IMG/VR virus record: IMGVR_UViG_2513237200_000009
DNA length: 39,262 nt
Strand: one strand, 5' to 3'
DNA from: a virus
Taxonomy: Duplodnaviria > Heunggongvirae > Uroviricota > Caudoviricetes
The notes below the pieces were generated by a model. It was not told the origin of the DNA. It saw only the letters and a program-made list of their open reading frames with translations, and made no database searches. Shown here in pieces: positions 10,767-22,024 of the stretch (positions are counted from its first letter, which is position 1; each line of letters begins with the position of its first letter). The position numbers and the translations under genes are program-made.

Positions 10767-10792
10767 TTTTCATAAACGTTGGTTTGGGAGAA
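10767..10792. repeat. hix/gix-like 26-bp inversion crossover site (left)
   Basis: TTTTCATAAACG TT GGTTTGGGAGAA; inner half fits the TTnTCnnAAACC half-site; 15 bp TTGGTTTGGGAGAAG recur inverted at 13593-13607. Confidence 0.55.
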
Positions 10793-11245
10793 GGCTCTGC
10801 ATTACCCGTTGGTGTCCCTGTTCCATGGCCTTCCGCCACTCCGCCAACAGGCTGGCTGAAATGCAACGGCGCGGCTTTTTCTGCTGAAGAATACCCGGAA
10901 CTGGCAAAGGCTTATCCGGCAAATAAATTGCCTGATTTACGTGGTGAGTTTATTCGCGGCTGGGATGACGGGCGCGGGGTTGACTCTGGACGAGGTTTGT
11001 TGACGGCGCAGGCGGAAACAAAGATAACTAACCACCACGGCAATGGCGGTAATGCTGATGATATTTCGGCTGGTGTCTCCGGTTCACCTCCCAAAAACTT
11101 TGTCAGAAACGCGGATTCGGCAGTTAATGCTGGTTCTGGTTTTACCGCTTTTGGCTCTGGAAATTTGACAATGAATGGTGTTACTTCTTATTTCGGTGTC
11201 CGTCCACGCAACATCGCATTTAACTACATTGTGAGGGCTGCATAA
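10781..11245 (+). CDS. alternative tail-fibre C-terminal variable cassette, currently not fused to the H constant region
   Basis: reading frame opens at the crossover site (..VGLGEGSALPVG...) and matches the H junction ..LGLGEA; ends TAATG overlapping tfa. Confidence 0.55.
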   Translation, partial: GLGEGSALPVGVPVPWPSATPPTGWLKCNGAAFSAEEYPELAKAYPANKLPDLRGEFIRGWDDGRGVDSGRGLLTAQAETKITNHHGNGGNADDISAGVSGSPPKNFVRNADSAVNAGSGFTAFGSGNLTMNGVTSYFGVRPRNIAFNYIVRAA

Positions 11246-11818
11246 TGGATAGCACTGTATTAAATAGCGAGTTTATTGCCACGAAGGCGGGGAATATTAC
11301 TGTCTATAATTATGATGGTGAAACACGGGAATATATTTCCATATCGACTGAATATCTTGCCGTTGGTGTCGGCATTCCGGCATGTTCCTGTTTAGATGCT
11401 CCAGGCGCATACAAAGCTGGTTATACAATCTGCCGTTCTGCAGATTTTAACTCATGGGAATATGTGCCAGACCATCGCGGTGAAATCGTCTTTAGCACCG
11501 CAACAGGAGAATCAAAAGAAATCACAGCTCCGGGTAATTACCCTGATAATACAACCACTATCGCCCCATTAACGCCATACGATAAATGGGATGGTGAGAA
11601 ATGGGTGACGGATACTGAGGCACAACACGGTGCCGCAGTAGAAGCGGCAGAAGCACAGCGTCAGTCACTGATTGATGCAGCAATGGCTTCCATTAGTCTG
11701 ATTCAGCTGAAATTACAGGCCGGGCGGAAACTGACGCAGGCAGAAACAACCCGGCTTAACGCTGTGCTGGATTACACTGACGCGGTGACGGCAACAGATA
11801 CCAGCACCGCGCCTGATA

Positions 11819-13251
<1,433 letters not shown>

Positions 13252-13262
13252 AAGTAACTGGA

Positions 13263-14654
13263 TTAAACAGGCGCACAATAAACCCTCCAGGAAAAAGCAT
13301 TTGATGATGGTCTGCCGTCGTACATCTGGCAGCGGGCATAAAAGCCGGTATTTGTTACCTGATCATCCACGATCATTGAAACGTGAACATTATTAGGTGT
13401 GCTCTCGTAATCCGTTCTTATTCTTTCCGCGATACTGATAAAACGTGAAAGTTTAGGCAGTGCAATTGGGTAAACAACTTTAGCCAGTCCATTATCATTA
13501 GATCCACCGGTTCCAAATACTTCTATTGCACCATCTGACCAGCGTATCCATGCACCATTGGCATTAGCTCCTCGCTGAATGACATATCTGGCTTCTCCCA
13601 AACCAAGGTATGCGAGAAGACCAGCTACATCCTTTCCACTCAAATTGGTAAGCGTATTGTCCAGCGGTTGTTTACCTGCCAGCGCATTAAGCATTGTCGT
13701 GGCAAAGTTCGGATCATTCCCCAGTGCCGCCGCCAGTTCGTTCAGTGTATCCAGTGCCGCAGGTGCAGAACCCACCATTGCTGCAATCGCTGATTTCACA
13801 AAAGCTGTAGTGGCAATCTGTGTATTGTTGACCGACTGTGCCGCAGTAGGTGCTGTTGGCGTTCCGGTGAGTGCCGGACTCGACAGCGGTGCTTTTAGTG
13901 CCAGCGCATTGTTAATGGTGGTACTGAATTTCGGGTCATTGTTAATGGCTGCGGCAATTTCTTTCAGTGTGTCCAGCGTGGCTGGCGCACCGTTAATCAG
14001 AGCAGTAATAGCGGCCTGAACAAACTCAGTGGTCGCAATCCGCGTGGTGTTATTTCCTGCTGCAGGCGTCGGCGCTTTTGGTTCTCCGGTAAATGTCGGA
14101 TTATGTTTCTGCGCATACTGGGTATGAGGATCTTGTGCGGCAATGTGGTTTCTCATCTGGTCATCCACATACAGCTTTAATTCCAGGACTTCATCATCCA
14201 CGTATTTACGGGTTGCCAGCACTACAGCAGGGTCGATTTTCAGGGTGATATTGTCCGTACTGCTGGTAATCAGCACCATGCGCACGGTCTGGGTGCGCCC
14301 GCTGCCTTCAGCCAGTTGCGGCTTATAGCTTTCCGGGCAGTTGCCCACGGCAATCAATGCCCCGGACTCATCAAACAGGCCCACTTCACGTATCCACCAA
14401 CCGCCCTCGTTTTCAGGGATCACCTGTTCAGCAATAATCTGGCTGCTGTTCTGCGGGTCGATATAAAGCATATTCAGCGCAGCCCGGCGTTTCTCATTTA
14501 CCAGTGCCGTCTGCTTTGCGTCCGGCGTTGGCAATACTCCGCCGCCATCGCCCACCGCCATATGGGTAATTTTTAGCGGCACACCGAGCGCGGCGGCGCT
14601 GGCAAGTTTCGCCGCGCCAATATCCGTCAGCAGGGTATAAAATTTTGTGCTCAT
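13263..14654 (-). CDS. H: tail fibre protein gpH (constant N-terminal part plus currently fused variable C-terminus)
   Basis: 463 aa, N-terminus MSTKFYTLLTDIGAAKLA...MAVGDGGG like P2 H; the hix-like site lies in codons ..YLGLGE. Confidence 0.85.
   Translation of the reverse strand: MSTKFYTLLTDIGAAKLASAAALGVPLKITHMAVGDGGGVLPTPDAKQTALVNEKRRAALNMLYIDPQNSSQIIAEQVIPENEGGWWIREVGLFDESGALIAVGNCPESYKPQLAEGSGRTQTVRMVLITSSTDNITLKIDPAVVLATRKYVDDEVLELKLYVDDQMRNHIAAQDPHTQYAQKHNPTFTGEPKAPTPAAGNNTTRIATTEFVQAAITALINGAPATLDTLKEIAAAINNDPKFSTTINNALALKAPLSSPALTGTPTAPTAAQSVNNTQIATTAFVKSAIAAMVGSAPAALDTLNELAAALGNDPNFATTMLNALAGKQPLDNTLTNLSGKDVAGLLAYLGLGEARYVIQRGANANGAWIRWSDGAIEVFGTGGSNDNGLAKVVYPIALPKLSRFISIAERIRTDYESTPNNVHVSMIVDDQVTNTGFYARCQMYDGRPSSNAFSWRVYCAPV
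13593..13618. repeat. hix/gix-like 26-bp inversion crossover site (right, inside H)
   Basis: plus strand TTCTCCCAAACC AA GGTATGCGAGAA, inverted relative to the left site. Confidence 0.55.
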
Positions 14655-15256
14655 GGATTCACTCTCATTGTGTCAATAACATGGACCGCCCCGCCTTCAT
14701 GCGCGGTGCCACCGGAAATAATCGTTTCGTTGATATACGGATAGATCGTGATTTCTTCGCCAAGATAGCTGGCAACCCCCATCCAATGTGGGCCGCTGGT
14801 CTGCAGATTGATGGACATGCCGATCATGTGACGGCTACATGGTTTGGCATCACTTATCAGCCTCTCAAGTTCCAGATAGGTATCTTCAGTGATGCCCTGG
14901 TCCTGCACGCCGATATCCAGGCGAAACGTTCCCGGTGCTTCTCCGGTCTGCCACCATTCAATAATGCGGATCAGGAAGCCGAACGGCTCCACCACCCGCC
15001 GCACAGCACTGGTGGTTCCTTTATGCTGATGTATATAAAAAGCATCCTTCACCACCTGGCGTTTGACGCTTTCTGTCCAGCTCTCGTCCCAGCGATCCAC
15101 AGAGAACGCCCAGGCGAGATAAGGCAGGAAACTGACTGGACAGGTTGCCGGATTCCACAAGTCACGCAGCGGCACCTGCAAATCAGAAATCCCGCTGCAC
15201 GCTTGCGCCAGTCGGCGCTCCAGTGGCGTTGAACCCGGTGGCAGCAGACTATTCAT
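14651..15256 (-). CDS. I: baseplate protein gpI
   Basis: 201 aa, position between J and H. Confidence 0.8.
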   Translation of the reverse strand: MNSLLPPGSTPLERRLAQACSGISDLQVPLRDLWNPATCPVSFLPYLAWAFSVDRWDESWTESVKRQVVKDAFYIHQHKGTTSAVRRVVEPFGFLIRIIEWWQTGEAPGTFRLDIGVQDQGITEDTYLELERLISDAKPCSRHMIGMSINLQTSGPHWMGVASYLGEEITIYPYINETIISGGTAHEGGAVHVIDTMRVNP

Positions 15257-16157
15257 CAGTTCCCCCGTTGGTTACGCTCCACTGCGTACATGATGCCGCC
15301 TGCGTTTTGTTCAGGACCACATCCGCCAGCGGCGAAGCCAGTTCCACACGCTGCACACCTTCAACATGCAACGCGGCAAAGATGGCGCTACGGCGAATAT
15401 CCCGACCAAGCCGCGTCTGACTGGCGATGTACTTCTGCAGGCTGGCTTTTGCCGCTGCCATTACCGGCTCTGCTTCTGGTCCCGGATAGAGAAAAATGGT
15501 GGCTTCCACGCGGTACGGGATGATTTCTGCACTGCGAACCGTCAGACGGTCAGCCACCGGGCGGACGTTCTCACTGTTCAGTGCTTTCTCCACCACATCC
15601 AACAGGTCTTTTTCTGCTGTTCCGTCTCCTTCGCGGCTAAGGACAGTCAGCACCACCTCTGCAGGTGCCGGGCTGGTTGCACTGGCATCCGCCACCCGAC
15701 CGTCGGCGCTTCGGGCATGAAATTCATAAGCTGCAGTTGGCCCCGCAACTGAAAGCCCTTCAAAGGCTGCAGGCACACGCAGGCGTAACGCTTCATCACT
15801 TTCCATCACAGCCGCAACGGGCGGCACAGCGTCATAATCAGCAGGTGTCACCGTCAGGCGTTTCACGTTGTAGTTGGCAGCGAGCTGGTCCAGATCGCTC
15901 CCTATGGCATAAGCCGCCATCACCGCCTGCGCGGCTTCGTTAATGCGCTGGCGCAGAAGCAACTCACGATAAGCGTTTTCCTGCAACAATTTGGTGACGG
16001 GTTCAGATTCCAGTTCCAGTGTGCGGCTCACTGCTTCCTGCTCATCTTTCGGATGAAGCGCCACAAATTCTGCCTTGCGTTCGGCAAGCAACGTCTCAAA
16101 GTCCGGCACATCCACAATCTGCGGCGCAGGTAACTGCGAAAGGTCAATCACTGCCAT
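15249..16157 (-). CDS. J: baseplate protein gpJ
   Basis: MAVIDLSQLPAPQIVDVPDFETLLAERKA like the P2 J N-terminus; start set at an internal Met. Confidence 0.85.
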   Translation of the reverse strand: MAVIDLSQLPAPQIVDVPDFETLLAERKAEFVALHPKDEQEAVSRTLELESEPVTKLLQENAYRELLLRQRINEAAQAVMAAYAIGSDLDQLAANYNVKRLTVTPADYDAVPPVAAVMESDEALRLRVPAAFEGLSVAGPTAAYEFHARSADGRVADASATSPAPAEVVLTVLSREGDGTAEKDLLDVVEKALNSENVRPVADRLTVRSAEIIPYRVEATIFLYPGPEAEPVMAAAKASLQKYIASQTRLGRDIRRSAIFAALHVEGVQRVELASPLADVVLNKTQAASCTQWSVTNGGTDE

Positions 16158-16503
16158 TCTCTGCTCCTGTTGATACGGAAAGGGAAACAGGCACACCGTT
16201 ATTCCGCCGCCCGGTCAGCTCCACCACCATAGAACCGTCAAAGTTGCTGTTGATGGTGATGGAATCCAGCGTCAGCCGTGGCTCCCAGCGACTCAGCGCC
16301 ACATACACTGCCGACATGACCTGCAGGCGTAATGCCGGATTTTGTGGCTGATCTATTAAAACCGACAGGAGGGAACCATATTCCCGGCGGGCAATGCGGC
16401 TACCCTGCGGTGTCAGCAGAATGTCCCGCACCGACTGGCGCAGATGATCAATATCAGTAATGACTTTGCCGCTGGTATTGTTCATCCCGCTATAAAGCGT
16501 CAT
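16144..16503 (-). CDS. W: baseplate wedge protein gpW
   Basis: 119 aa, overlaps J start and V end. Confidence 0.8.
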   Translation of the reverse strand: MTLYSGMNNTSGKVITDIDHLRQSVRDILLTPQGSRIARREYGSLLSVLIDQPQNPALRLQVMSAVYVALSRWEPRLTLDSITINSNFDGSMVVELTGRRNNGVPVSLSVSTGAENGSD

Positions 16504-17078
16504 ACCGGGCCTCCGGTTGTATCGCCGCCTTTCAGGACGCCAGTATGCTGATGCGCATCAACCACAATCCCGTTAGAACTCATCGCACCGCCGCCCTGGG
16601 TAACGCCACCATTGATCACTACTTCGCTGTTAATTCGCGTGCGGTCAGCCTCCAGCACAAACTCACTGGTTTTCATGGTGATATTGTCAGCGGCCTCAAT
16701 GACCATTGATTTGATGCCCCTTACATACCAGCGCCCGGTGGCGGGTTCGTATTCAAACCAGCTACCGTCAGGATGTTCTGTCACGCAGGCGTCCGCCGAC
16801 GTCGACGGTGGTGCGAACTGATTCGAATAGACAGCGGGCAGCGCAAAGGCAGTCTCCAGATTACCGCCCAGACTCAGCAGCACCACCTGCTCACCTTCCG
16901 ATGGTCGCCACCATGTGCGGGCATTACCGGCACGCAGCGTCAGCCAACTGATCCAGTTAGTTTCAAGGTCGCCCGTTTTCACCCGGCAAAGCCAGTTCTC
17001 CCGGTCCACTTCGGTGACTACACCAGTGCGGATCAGATTGGTGATAAGGCGCATGATTTCAGTCAGTTGTGCGTTCAT
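16500..17078 (-). CDS. V: baseplate spike/hub protein gpV
   Basis: 192 aa, position as P2 V. Confidence 0.8.
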   Translation of the reverse strand: MNAQLTEIMRLITNLIRTGVVTEVDRENWLCRVKTGDLETNWISWLTLRAGNARTWWRPSEGEQVVLLSLGGNLETAFALPAVYSNQFAPPSTSADACVTEHPDGSWFEYEPATGRWYVRGIKSMVIEAADNITMKTSEFVLEADRTRINSEVVINGGVTQGGGAMSSNGIVVDAHQHTGVLKGGDTTGGPV

Positions 17079-17124
17079 AAGTTGATTTTATTTGTACTAT
17101 TTGTATATTTATATCCACTTTCCT

Positions 17125-17142
17125 TGTGACATTAACTACACA
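17125..17142 (-). promoter_or_regulatory. TGT-N12-ACA dyad, possible late promoter element for V
   Basis: TGTgacattaactacACA centred about 55 bp upstream of the V start codon; spacing is shorter than at FI and O. Confidence 0.3.
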
Positions 17143-17146
17143 AAAA

Positions 17147-18070
17147 ATGACAACTAACACCAATACCCCAGAAGCAGCTGAGCAAGATAATATTGTCCCC
17201 ATGGATGCAATGAATGATCCCATCAATCCCCCACCTACAAAGAAGGAGAGGGATGAATACAAAAAAAAACAGCAAGAAAGAATTGGCAAATACGTCGTTG
17301 GTGGAACAGATTTGGGTGGAAACACCATAAGTAAAATTTATTCACGTGGGGATGAATATGTCATTTATGAAGTAGCCAATCTTCCGCCTCATGAGTCTAT
17401 GCTCGTGTTCATAGACTCAATCATTGAGGAGGATGACAGTAAGATTGATAGATATCATGCTTCAAAAGAGCACTTTGATGAGTTTATTTCACATTGCTAC
17501 AAATACAACTGCTCTTCTATTTATAAAAAAAGAGCAGCAACAGTTATGTCAGCAACAATACTTGGAAAAAATGATATAAACAAAAATAACTTCGCCGCAA
17601 TAAATAGAGACATTAAAAACGATTATGAAAACACAATGCTTGGAAGGAATTTATATCAATCAGGAGCCATAACTTTAGCATTGATATTCATCATCCTTGC
17701 ATTGATAACATATTTGGCTAGAGATTCTAATTTCATAAAAGCTAATCACTTTATTCCAGTGGTGTTATACGCCGCTTCCTTTGCTTCCATCGGGGGGTTT
17801 ATTTCTGTATCCCTAAAAATAAAAAGCCTCCATACAGACAGAGAACTAAAAAAGAAAACTTATTTCTTCTATGGTGCGGAGAGAATACTCCTTTCAATGA
17901 TGGCTGGCGTACTTGTATACTTTATGCTCAAGGGGAATATTATCTTCGGGTTTATGAATAATAGTAGTGACATCTCATTCTCCATTTATGTGATTTGTGC
18001 GCTTTCTGGATTCAGTGAAACATTGATACCGAATACATTGAGAAACCTTGAAACCAAATCCGAAATTTAA
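17147..18070 (+). CDS. hypothetical AT-rich membrane protein (cargo gene between V and S)
   Basis: polar N-terminal region then about four hydrophobic helices (AITLALIFIILALITYLA, FIPVVLYAASFASIGGFISVSL, ILLSMMAGVLVYFML, ISFSIYVICALSGFSETLI); opposite strand to the late genes; start uncertain (GTG at 17126 or ATG at 17147). Confidence 0.6.
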   Translation: MTTNTNTPEAAEQDNIVPMDAMNDPINPPPTKKERDEYKKKQQERIGKYVVGGTDLGGNTISKIYSRGDEYVIYEVANLPPHESMLVFIDSIIEEDDSKIDRYHASKEHFDEFISHCYKYNCSSIYKKRAATVMSATILGKNDINKNNFAAINRDIKNDYENTMLGRNLYQSGAITLALIFIILALITYLARDSNFIKANHFIPVVLYAASFASIGGFISVSLKIKSLHTDRELKKKTYFFYGAERILLSMMAGVLVYFMLKGNIIFGFMNNSSDISFSIYVICALSGFSETLIPNTLRNLETKSEI

Positions 18071-18077
18071 ACGCATT

Positions 18078-18110
18078 AATTAGAGTGGCAATTATGTCAC
18101 TCTAATTTTT
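18078..18110 (+). terminator. rho-independent terminator of the cargo gene
   Basis: aattagagtg ... cactctaatt stem followed by ttttt, 8 bp after the stop codon. Confidence 0.55.
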
Positions 18111-18125
18111 ACTAGCTTCGAAGTG

Positions 18126-18572
18126 TTAATTTGTAACGACTCTAAATATCATATCTTGAATGAGCTTAATTACTTCAGCATTTATCCCTAACAGCCGTCT
18201 CTCTGCATAGTGTACTCGCGGACCATTACGACTGACGCGATCACGCAGGCCGTAGTGATGAACACGGGCAATGCGCTGTACCTTACCTTCAAACTGCACG
18301 CTGGCAGAATCGGCGCTGGCGGCAGTTTTCAGGTATTTTGTGGTGCGAAGCTTTGTAAACATCTGACGTTTGATGCGCCCCTTTTTACTGCGTGCTGTTA
18401 CCCTTCGCGGTTCATAGCTGCTGCCATCAGGATTACGCTGCATCCTGATGTTCTGCTGCTGTGTCCGGCGAAGTTCCTGCGCCAGCTGGCGCATCATGCT
18501 GCTTCTCGTGGCTGGTTCCAGATTCGCCAGCAAGGCACTCAGCCAGTCGTCCACCTTCTGCAGTTCAGCCAC
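18126..18572 (-). CDS. S: tail completion protein gpS
   Basis: 148 aa, P2 S position and size. Confidence 0.75.
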   Translation of the reverse strand: MAELQKVDDWLSALLANLEPATRSSMMRQLAQELRRTQQQNIRMQRNPDGSSYEPRRVTARSKKGRIKRQMFTKLRTTKYLKTAASADSASVQFEGKVQRIARVHHYGLRDRVSRNGPRVHYAERRLLGINAEVIKLIQDMIFRVVTN

Positions 18573-19017
18573 GTTTCACCGTCCACATTTCTTCAGGTGC
18601 ATCAGGTTCCGCTATAGCTTCAACGCTCGACACACTGCCGTCAGTGCTGACCAGCACACGCTCCGTCAGTTGCAGGTTCAGGCTGATATCACAGACATCG
18701 TTGCGCAGAATATCCACCTCAAAGGTGAATAGCTTTTCCCGTAACGCCGGGTTATTGATGGCATCGGGCTGGTTATCCCTCAGCCACAGCAAAACCGGGG
18801 CCATCAGCAGATTCTGGTCGCCGCTGAAATCCTCAATCACCGCGTTCAGTGTGTAACGGTACTCCCACGACATGGAGCTGGCCCCCGTGGCAACCAGCGA
18901 ACCGTTATCCACAAACAGATGCAGTTTGTCCGGGTTATTGCGGACATAAGGCACCGCTTTATTGAGGGCGTGGCGCAGGGATTGTGGTTTGTTCACTGTT
19001 TCGCTCCTGACACGCAA
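18565..19017 (-). CDS. R: tail completion protein gpR
   Basis: 150 aa, P2 R position and size. Confidence 0.75.
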   Translation of the reverse strand: MRVRSETVNKPQSLRHALNKAVPYVRNNPDKLHLFVDNGSLVATGASSMSWEYRYTLNAVIEDFSGDQNLLMAPVLLWLRDNQPDAINNPALREKLFTFEVDILRNDVCDISLNLQLTERVLVSTDGSVSSVEAIAEPDAPEEMWTVKRG

Positions 19018-19249
19018 TAATCATGTCCACTTTGTCTGCACAGACCGCCCAGGCGGCCTCCGTTTCATCCAGCAACGCGTTCAGATCACCGTTAGTGCGC
19101 GGCGTTGCCTGATCCAGCCGACACGGCGTCACTCGCGGACAACCACTGACGGTAAGCCATACCTCCGGTGAGTGCCGGACGTTTCCGCAGCCGGATAATG
19201 TCAGCAGGCAAAGGAGTATCAGCCCAGCGGCGTAAATCCTCGTTCTCAC
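18959..19249 (-). CDS. lysC: outer-membrane spanin lipoprotein (Rz1/LysC-like)
   Basis: signal peptide with lipobox LTLSGC, Pro-rich; overlaps lysB in another frame and extends past it. Confidence 0.6.
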   Translation of the reverse strand: MRTRIYAAGLILLCLLTLSGCGNVRHSPEVWLTVSGCPRVTPCRLDQATPRTNGDLNALLDETEAAWAVCADKVDMIIACQERNSEQTTIPAPRPQ

Positions 19250-19520
19250 GTTTCAGTTCCTCGATCCGGTGTTGTCGTTGTCTCAGCAGCGTGCTGGTCT
19301 GTTCTGCTTCGGCATAGAGCCGCACCTGCTCCCGGTTATTGGTTTCAGTCAGAATGGACAGGCTGATAAGCTGGCTGTTGCTCTTTGCCAGTGCCTGGCT
19401 TTTGCTCTGCAGCTCGTCTGCCTGCGTGCTGATGGTCTGGCTGGCATCAGCCAGCCGCCACGTCTGCCAGCCCAGCGCCGCCAGTAATAACGTCAGCACA
19501 ACCAGCAGCAACCGGTTCAT
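19092..19520 (-). CDS. lysB: inner-membrane spanin (Rz/LysB-like)
   Basis: N-terminal transmembrane helix then coiled-coil. Confidence 0.7.
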   Translation of the reverse strand: MNRLLLVVLTLLLAALGWQTWRLADASQTISTQADELQSKSQALAKSNSQLISLSILTETNNREQVRLYAEAEQTSTLLRQRQHRIEELKRENEDLRRWADTPLPADIIRLRKRPALTGGMAYRQWLSASDAVSAGSGNAAH

Positions 19521-19894
19521 GCTGCTACCTGTTGCGCCATCTGATTACGGGTGATCCAGAAGGCAATAACGGTCAGTAGATAAAAGACCAGGGTAATAGC
19601 CCACCCCGTCCAGGCGAGACTTACAACAATCAGCAATCGCATCACCCAACTGGTAAATACGTTTTCTTTTCGGGTAATTGTCTTCAGCAAAGATGCCCTT
19701 AACTCCTGCCAGAGCGGGCCATTCTTAATTAACGCAGCCAGTGCTACCGGAATTACCGCCCATGTCAGCAAACAGGCTACCCAAACGCCGGACGCTGCCA
19801 GTACCGGAAAAATCCCCTGCGGATACACCATTGCTGCGATTAACAGCGCCATCCATAACATCAGAAACAGTCCGCTGATTAATTTCTTTTTCAT
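19517..19894 (-). CDS. lysA: LysA-like membrane protein (putative antiholin)
   Basis: MKKKLISGLFLMLWMALLIAAMV... with multiple transmembrane helices; start Met directly follows the endolysin stop. Confidence 0.6.
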   Translation of the reverse strand: MKKKLISGLFLMLWMALLIAAMVYPQGIFPVLAASGVWVACLLTWAVIPVALAALIKNGPLWQELRASLLKTITRKENVFTSWVMRLLIVVSLAWTGWAITLVFYLLTVIAFWITRNQMAQQVAA

Positions 19895-19895
19895 T

Positions 19896-20408
19896 TCAGT
19901 TTGCTCCCTGTAAACACCAGGCCATCTCCCGCGCACGGCGGTTATCCAGCCCCTGATTAAACACACCTTTTACATAAACCCAGCGCGGCAACTGTCGGCA
20001 CGCATCCGCCCAGCGCCGCTGATTGAGCAATTTCACCAGCGTGGAGCTGCAGGCATTGCCCGTTCCCACGTTGAAGGCAAATGACACCACCGCGTCATAC
20101 ACCTTCTGCGGTGGCTGTTGCTTCACACACCTTTCCAGTGACCGCTCCACACGCAGCACGTTGGAGATCAGTCCTTCCGCTGCCTGTCGTTCCGTAATGG
20201 TTTTGCCTGGAATGACGCCAGATGTATTACCAATGCCGTCGGTCCAGACACCCGCGCTGCACTGATACGGCTGCAGACGACAACCTTCGTAATCGGCAAT
20301 CAGTTTCAGCCCCTCCACGGAGGTGTGAAGCTGCTGAAAACCCGGCAGCGTGGCAGCAATAGCCAGCACGGCCCCGACAAGGCAGCGTTTAACGATTGAT
20401 GGATTCAT
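19896..20408 (-). CDS. K: endolysin (phage lysozyme)
   Basis: 170 aa; ...DGIGNTSGVIPGKTITERQAAEGL... lysozyme-like. Confidence 0.8.
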   Translation of the reverse strand: MNPSIVKRCLVGAVLAIAATLPGFQQLHTSVEGLKLIADYEGCRLQPYQCSAGVWTDGIGNTSGVIPGKTITERQAAEGLISNVLRVERSLERCVKQQPPQKVYDAVVSFAFNVGTGNACSSTLVKLLNQRRWADACRQLPRWVYVKGVFNQGLDNRRAREMAWCLQGAN

Positions 20409-20604
20409 AGTCCTCCCGCGAGATCTGCCCGTCGCGCAGAAGCTGGTAGGCTTTGTGTTTGTAGTACCAGTTGATAGCCAGCATCAGCACACCAATCATC
20501 AGGCCGCCCAGCGTTGAGGCATCCTTGATGGACAAATCGCCCAGCCAGGCCAGCACGACGGCGATGCAATACGTGATAAAGGCGCTGATTCGCTCAAGCG
20601 TCAT
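20389..20604 (-). CDS. Y: holin
   Basis: 71 aa, two transmembrane helices and a charged C-terminus, immediately upstream of the endolysin. Confidence 0.7.
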   Translation of the reverse strand: MTLERISAFITYCIAVVLAWLGDLSIKDASTLGGLMIGVLMLAINWYYKHKAYQLLRDGQISREDYESINR

Positions 20605-20607
20605 AAT

Positions 20608-20811
20608 TCAGTCCCATAGCTGGACGGTCTGCACGGTGGCGGTGGTCGGAATGTCCGGCAGCTCCACCTGCAGCCCGTGAGGTAAAAAGGGGCCGTATTC
20701 GGCAAGCCCCGGATTTGCCTTCAGTACCTGCTCCGTGACACCCTGCGTGCGCCCGTAATGACGCCAGCAAAGCGCGTCCACCGTGTCATACTGATGCGCA
20801 CGCACTTTCAT
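20608..20811 (-). CDS. X: tail protein gpX
   Basis: 67 aa, P2 X size and position. Confidence 0.7.
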   Translation of the reverse strand: MKVRAHQYDTVDALCWRHYGRTQGVTEQVLKANPGLAEYGPFLPHGLQVELPDIPTTATVQTVQLWD

Positions 20812-21275
20812 CAGATAAGCTCCACTGTGCAGTGCGGCGCATCCTGTACCCGGCTGATGGCCCAGCGGGCGTCACGCCACAAATCACCGCTGGCTTCTGC
20901 CAGTTCTTCGCCCCGCTTCACACCGGATGCCGTGGCGTCATAGTCCTGGTATCGTTCGTTGAGCATGGCGCGTGCCCAGCAGTAAACCGCGTTGAAATAG
21001 TGCTGAATGCGCTCACTTTTGCCGTCCAGCTGTTCCGCCGGAACCTCTGCCAGCGAGGCATATCCCAGCATCTGCTGACGTCTGCGAAACTCATACAGCT
21101 CTGCGTTGACCTCCGAAATTGCCGACAGGGCAACCTGCTTTAAACGCGGCTGCGTCACCGTGCCGTCAGTGCGCATCACGCTGCGAAACTCCGACAGGTC
21201 CACATCAGGCCAGAACGGCGTATTTCTGATGATTTCCGCCTGTTCCGGTGCCTGTTCTGGCGCAACAAACTTCAT
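20811..21275 (-). CDS. L: head completion protein gpL
   Basis: start set at MKFVAPEQ with AGGAG SD; position after M. Confidence 0.75.
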   Translation of the reverse strand: MKFVAPEQAPEQAEIIRNTPFWPDVDLSEFRSVMRTDGTVTQPRLKQVALSAISEVNAELYEFRRRQQMLGYASLAEVPAEQLDGKSERIQHYFNAVYCWARAMLNERYQDYDATASGVKRGEELAEASGDLWRDARWAISRVQDAPHCTVELI

Positions 21276-21370
21276 GCTGCTTTCTCCTGAAATAGAGGGC
21301 GGTGGACGGGATTTTGATGTGGCTATGCCTTTCGCCACCCCGTGCCGCCCGTGCGCGGGGGCACGTTCTG

Positions 21371-22021
21371 TCAGCGGCTGTCATTGCGCAGTCTGCGCTC
21401 CAGCTGCTGTTTGTCTTTTTTCACGCCACAGCGGGGATCGAGCTGTAACGCATGGTTGAGATGATTAAGGGCGGAAGCCGGATTGCTTTCACTCAGGACA
21501 GCGCCAATCGCTTTATGCAGACGCGCCCGTGACTGGTCCGGCATATCCAGACCGTCTGTCAGCTCCAGCGTCTGCAGCAACAGATCGGCATCAAAGCCGG
21601 TAGCGGCAAGCATTGCGCTCTGCGCTGCATCTGCCATTTCCTCTGCCAGCACGGTCTGCACGTTGCGGTTACCCAGAGGCATCACCCAGCCATGACGCAG
21701 GGCATGACGCCCGATCTCCAGCGCCCCGGCATAATCTCCGGCATCAATGCGCCACAGCATCACGTACATCAGCACGTCATCCTGTTGAGCGCCTCCGGCA
21801 GCCAGGACGCCCTCCGCCCAGGCGGCATATTTCGGCAGCAGCTCCACCTTTATTTCCGCTTTTTTCACCGTGGACTGAACGCCCTTGAGACGGCGGCGGT
21901 CTTCCGCCAGCTGCAGCAGCATCAGGTCATAGCCCGACGCGTGGCGAACACTGCCGCCCTCACGGGCGGCCTGTTCAGCCTGAACGCGCAGGCGATGCTG
22001 CCGTGCGGGACTCAGGCTCAT
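21371..22021 (-). CDS. M: terminase endonuclease subunit gpM
   Basis: 216 aa, position between N and L. Confidence 0.75.
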   Translation of the reverse strand: MSLSPARQHRLRVQAEQAAREGGSVRHASGYDLMLLQLAEDRRRLKGVQSTVKKAEIKVELLPKYAAWAEGVLAAGGAQQDDVLMYVMLWRIDAGDYAGALEIGRHALRHGWVMPLGNRNVQTVLAEEMADAAQSAMLAATGFDADLLLQTLELTDGLDMPDQSRARLHKAIGAVLSESNPASALNHLNHALQLDPRCGVKKDKQQLERRLRNDSR

Positions 22022-22024
22022 GGT

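Noticed and set aside
13579-15232. Plus-strand ORFs 13579-14019 and 14645-15232 inside H and I
   Set aside because: Antisense shadows; H and I have clear phage protein character.
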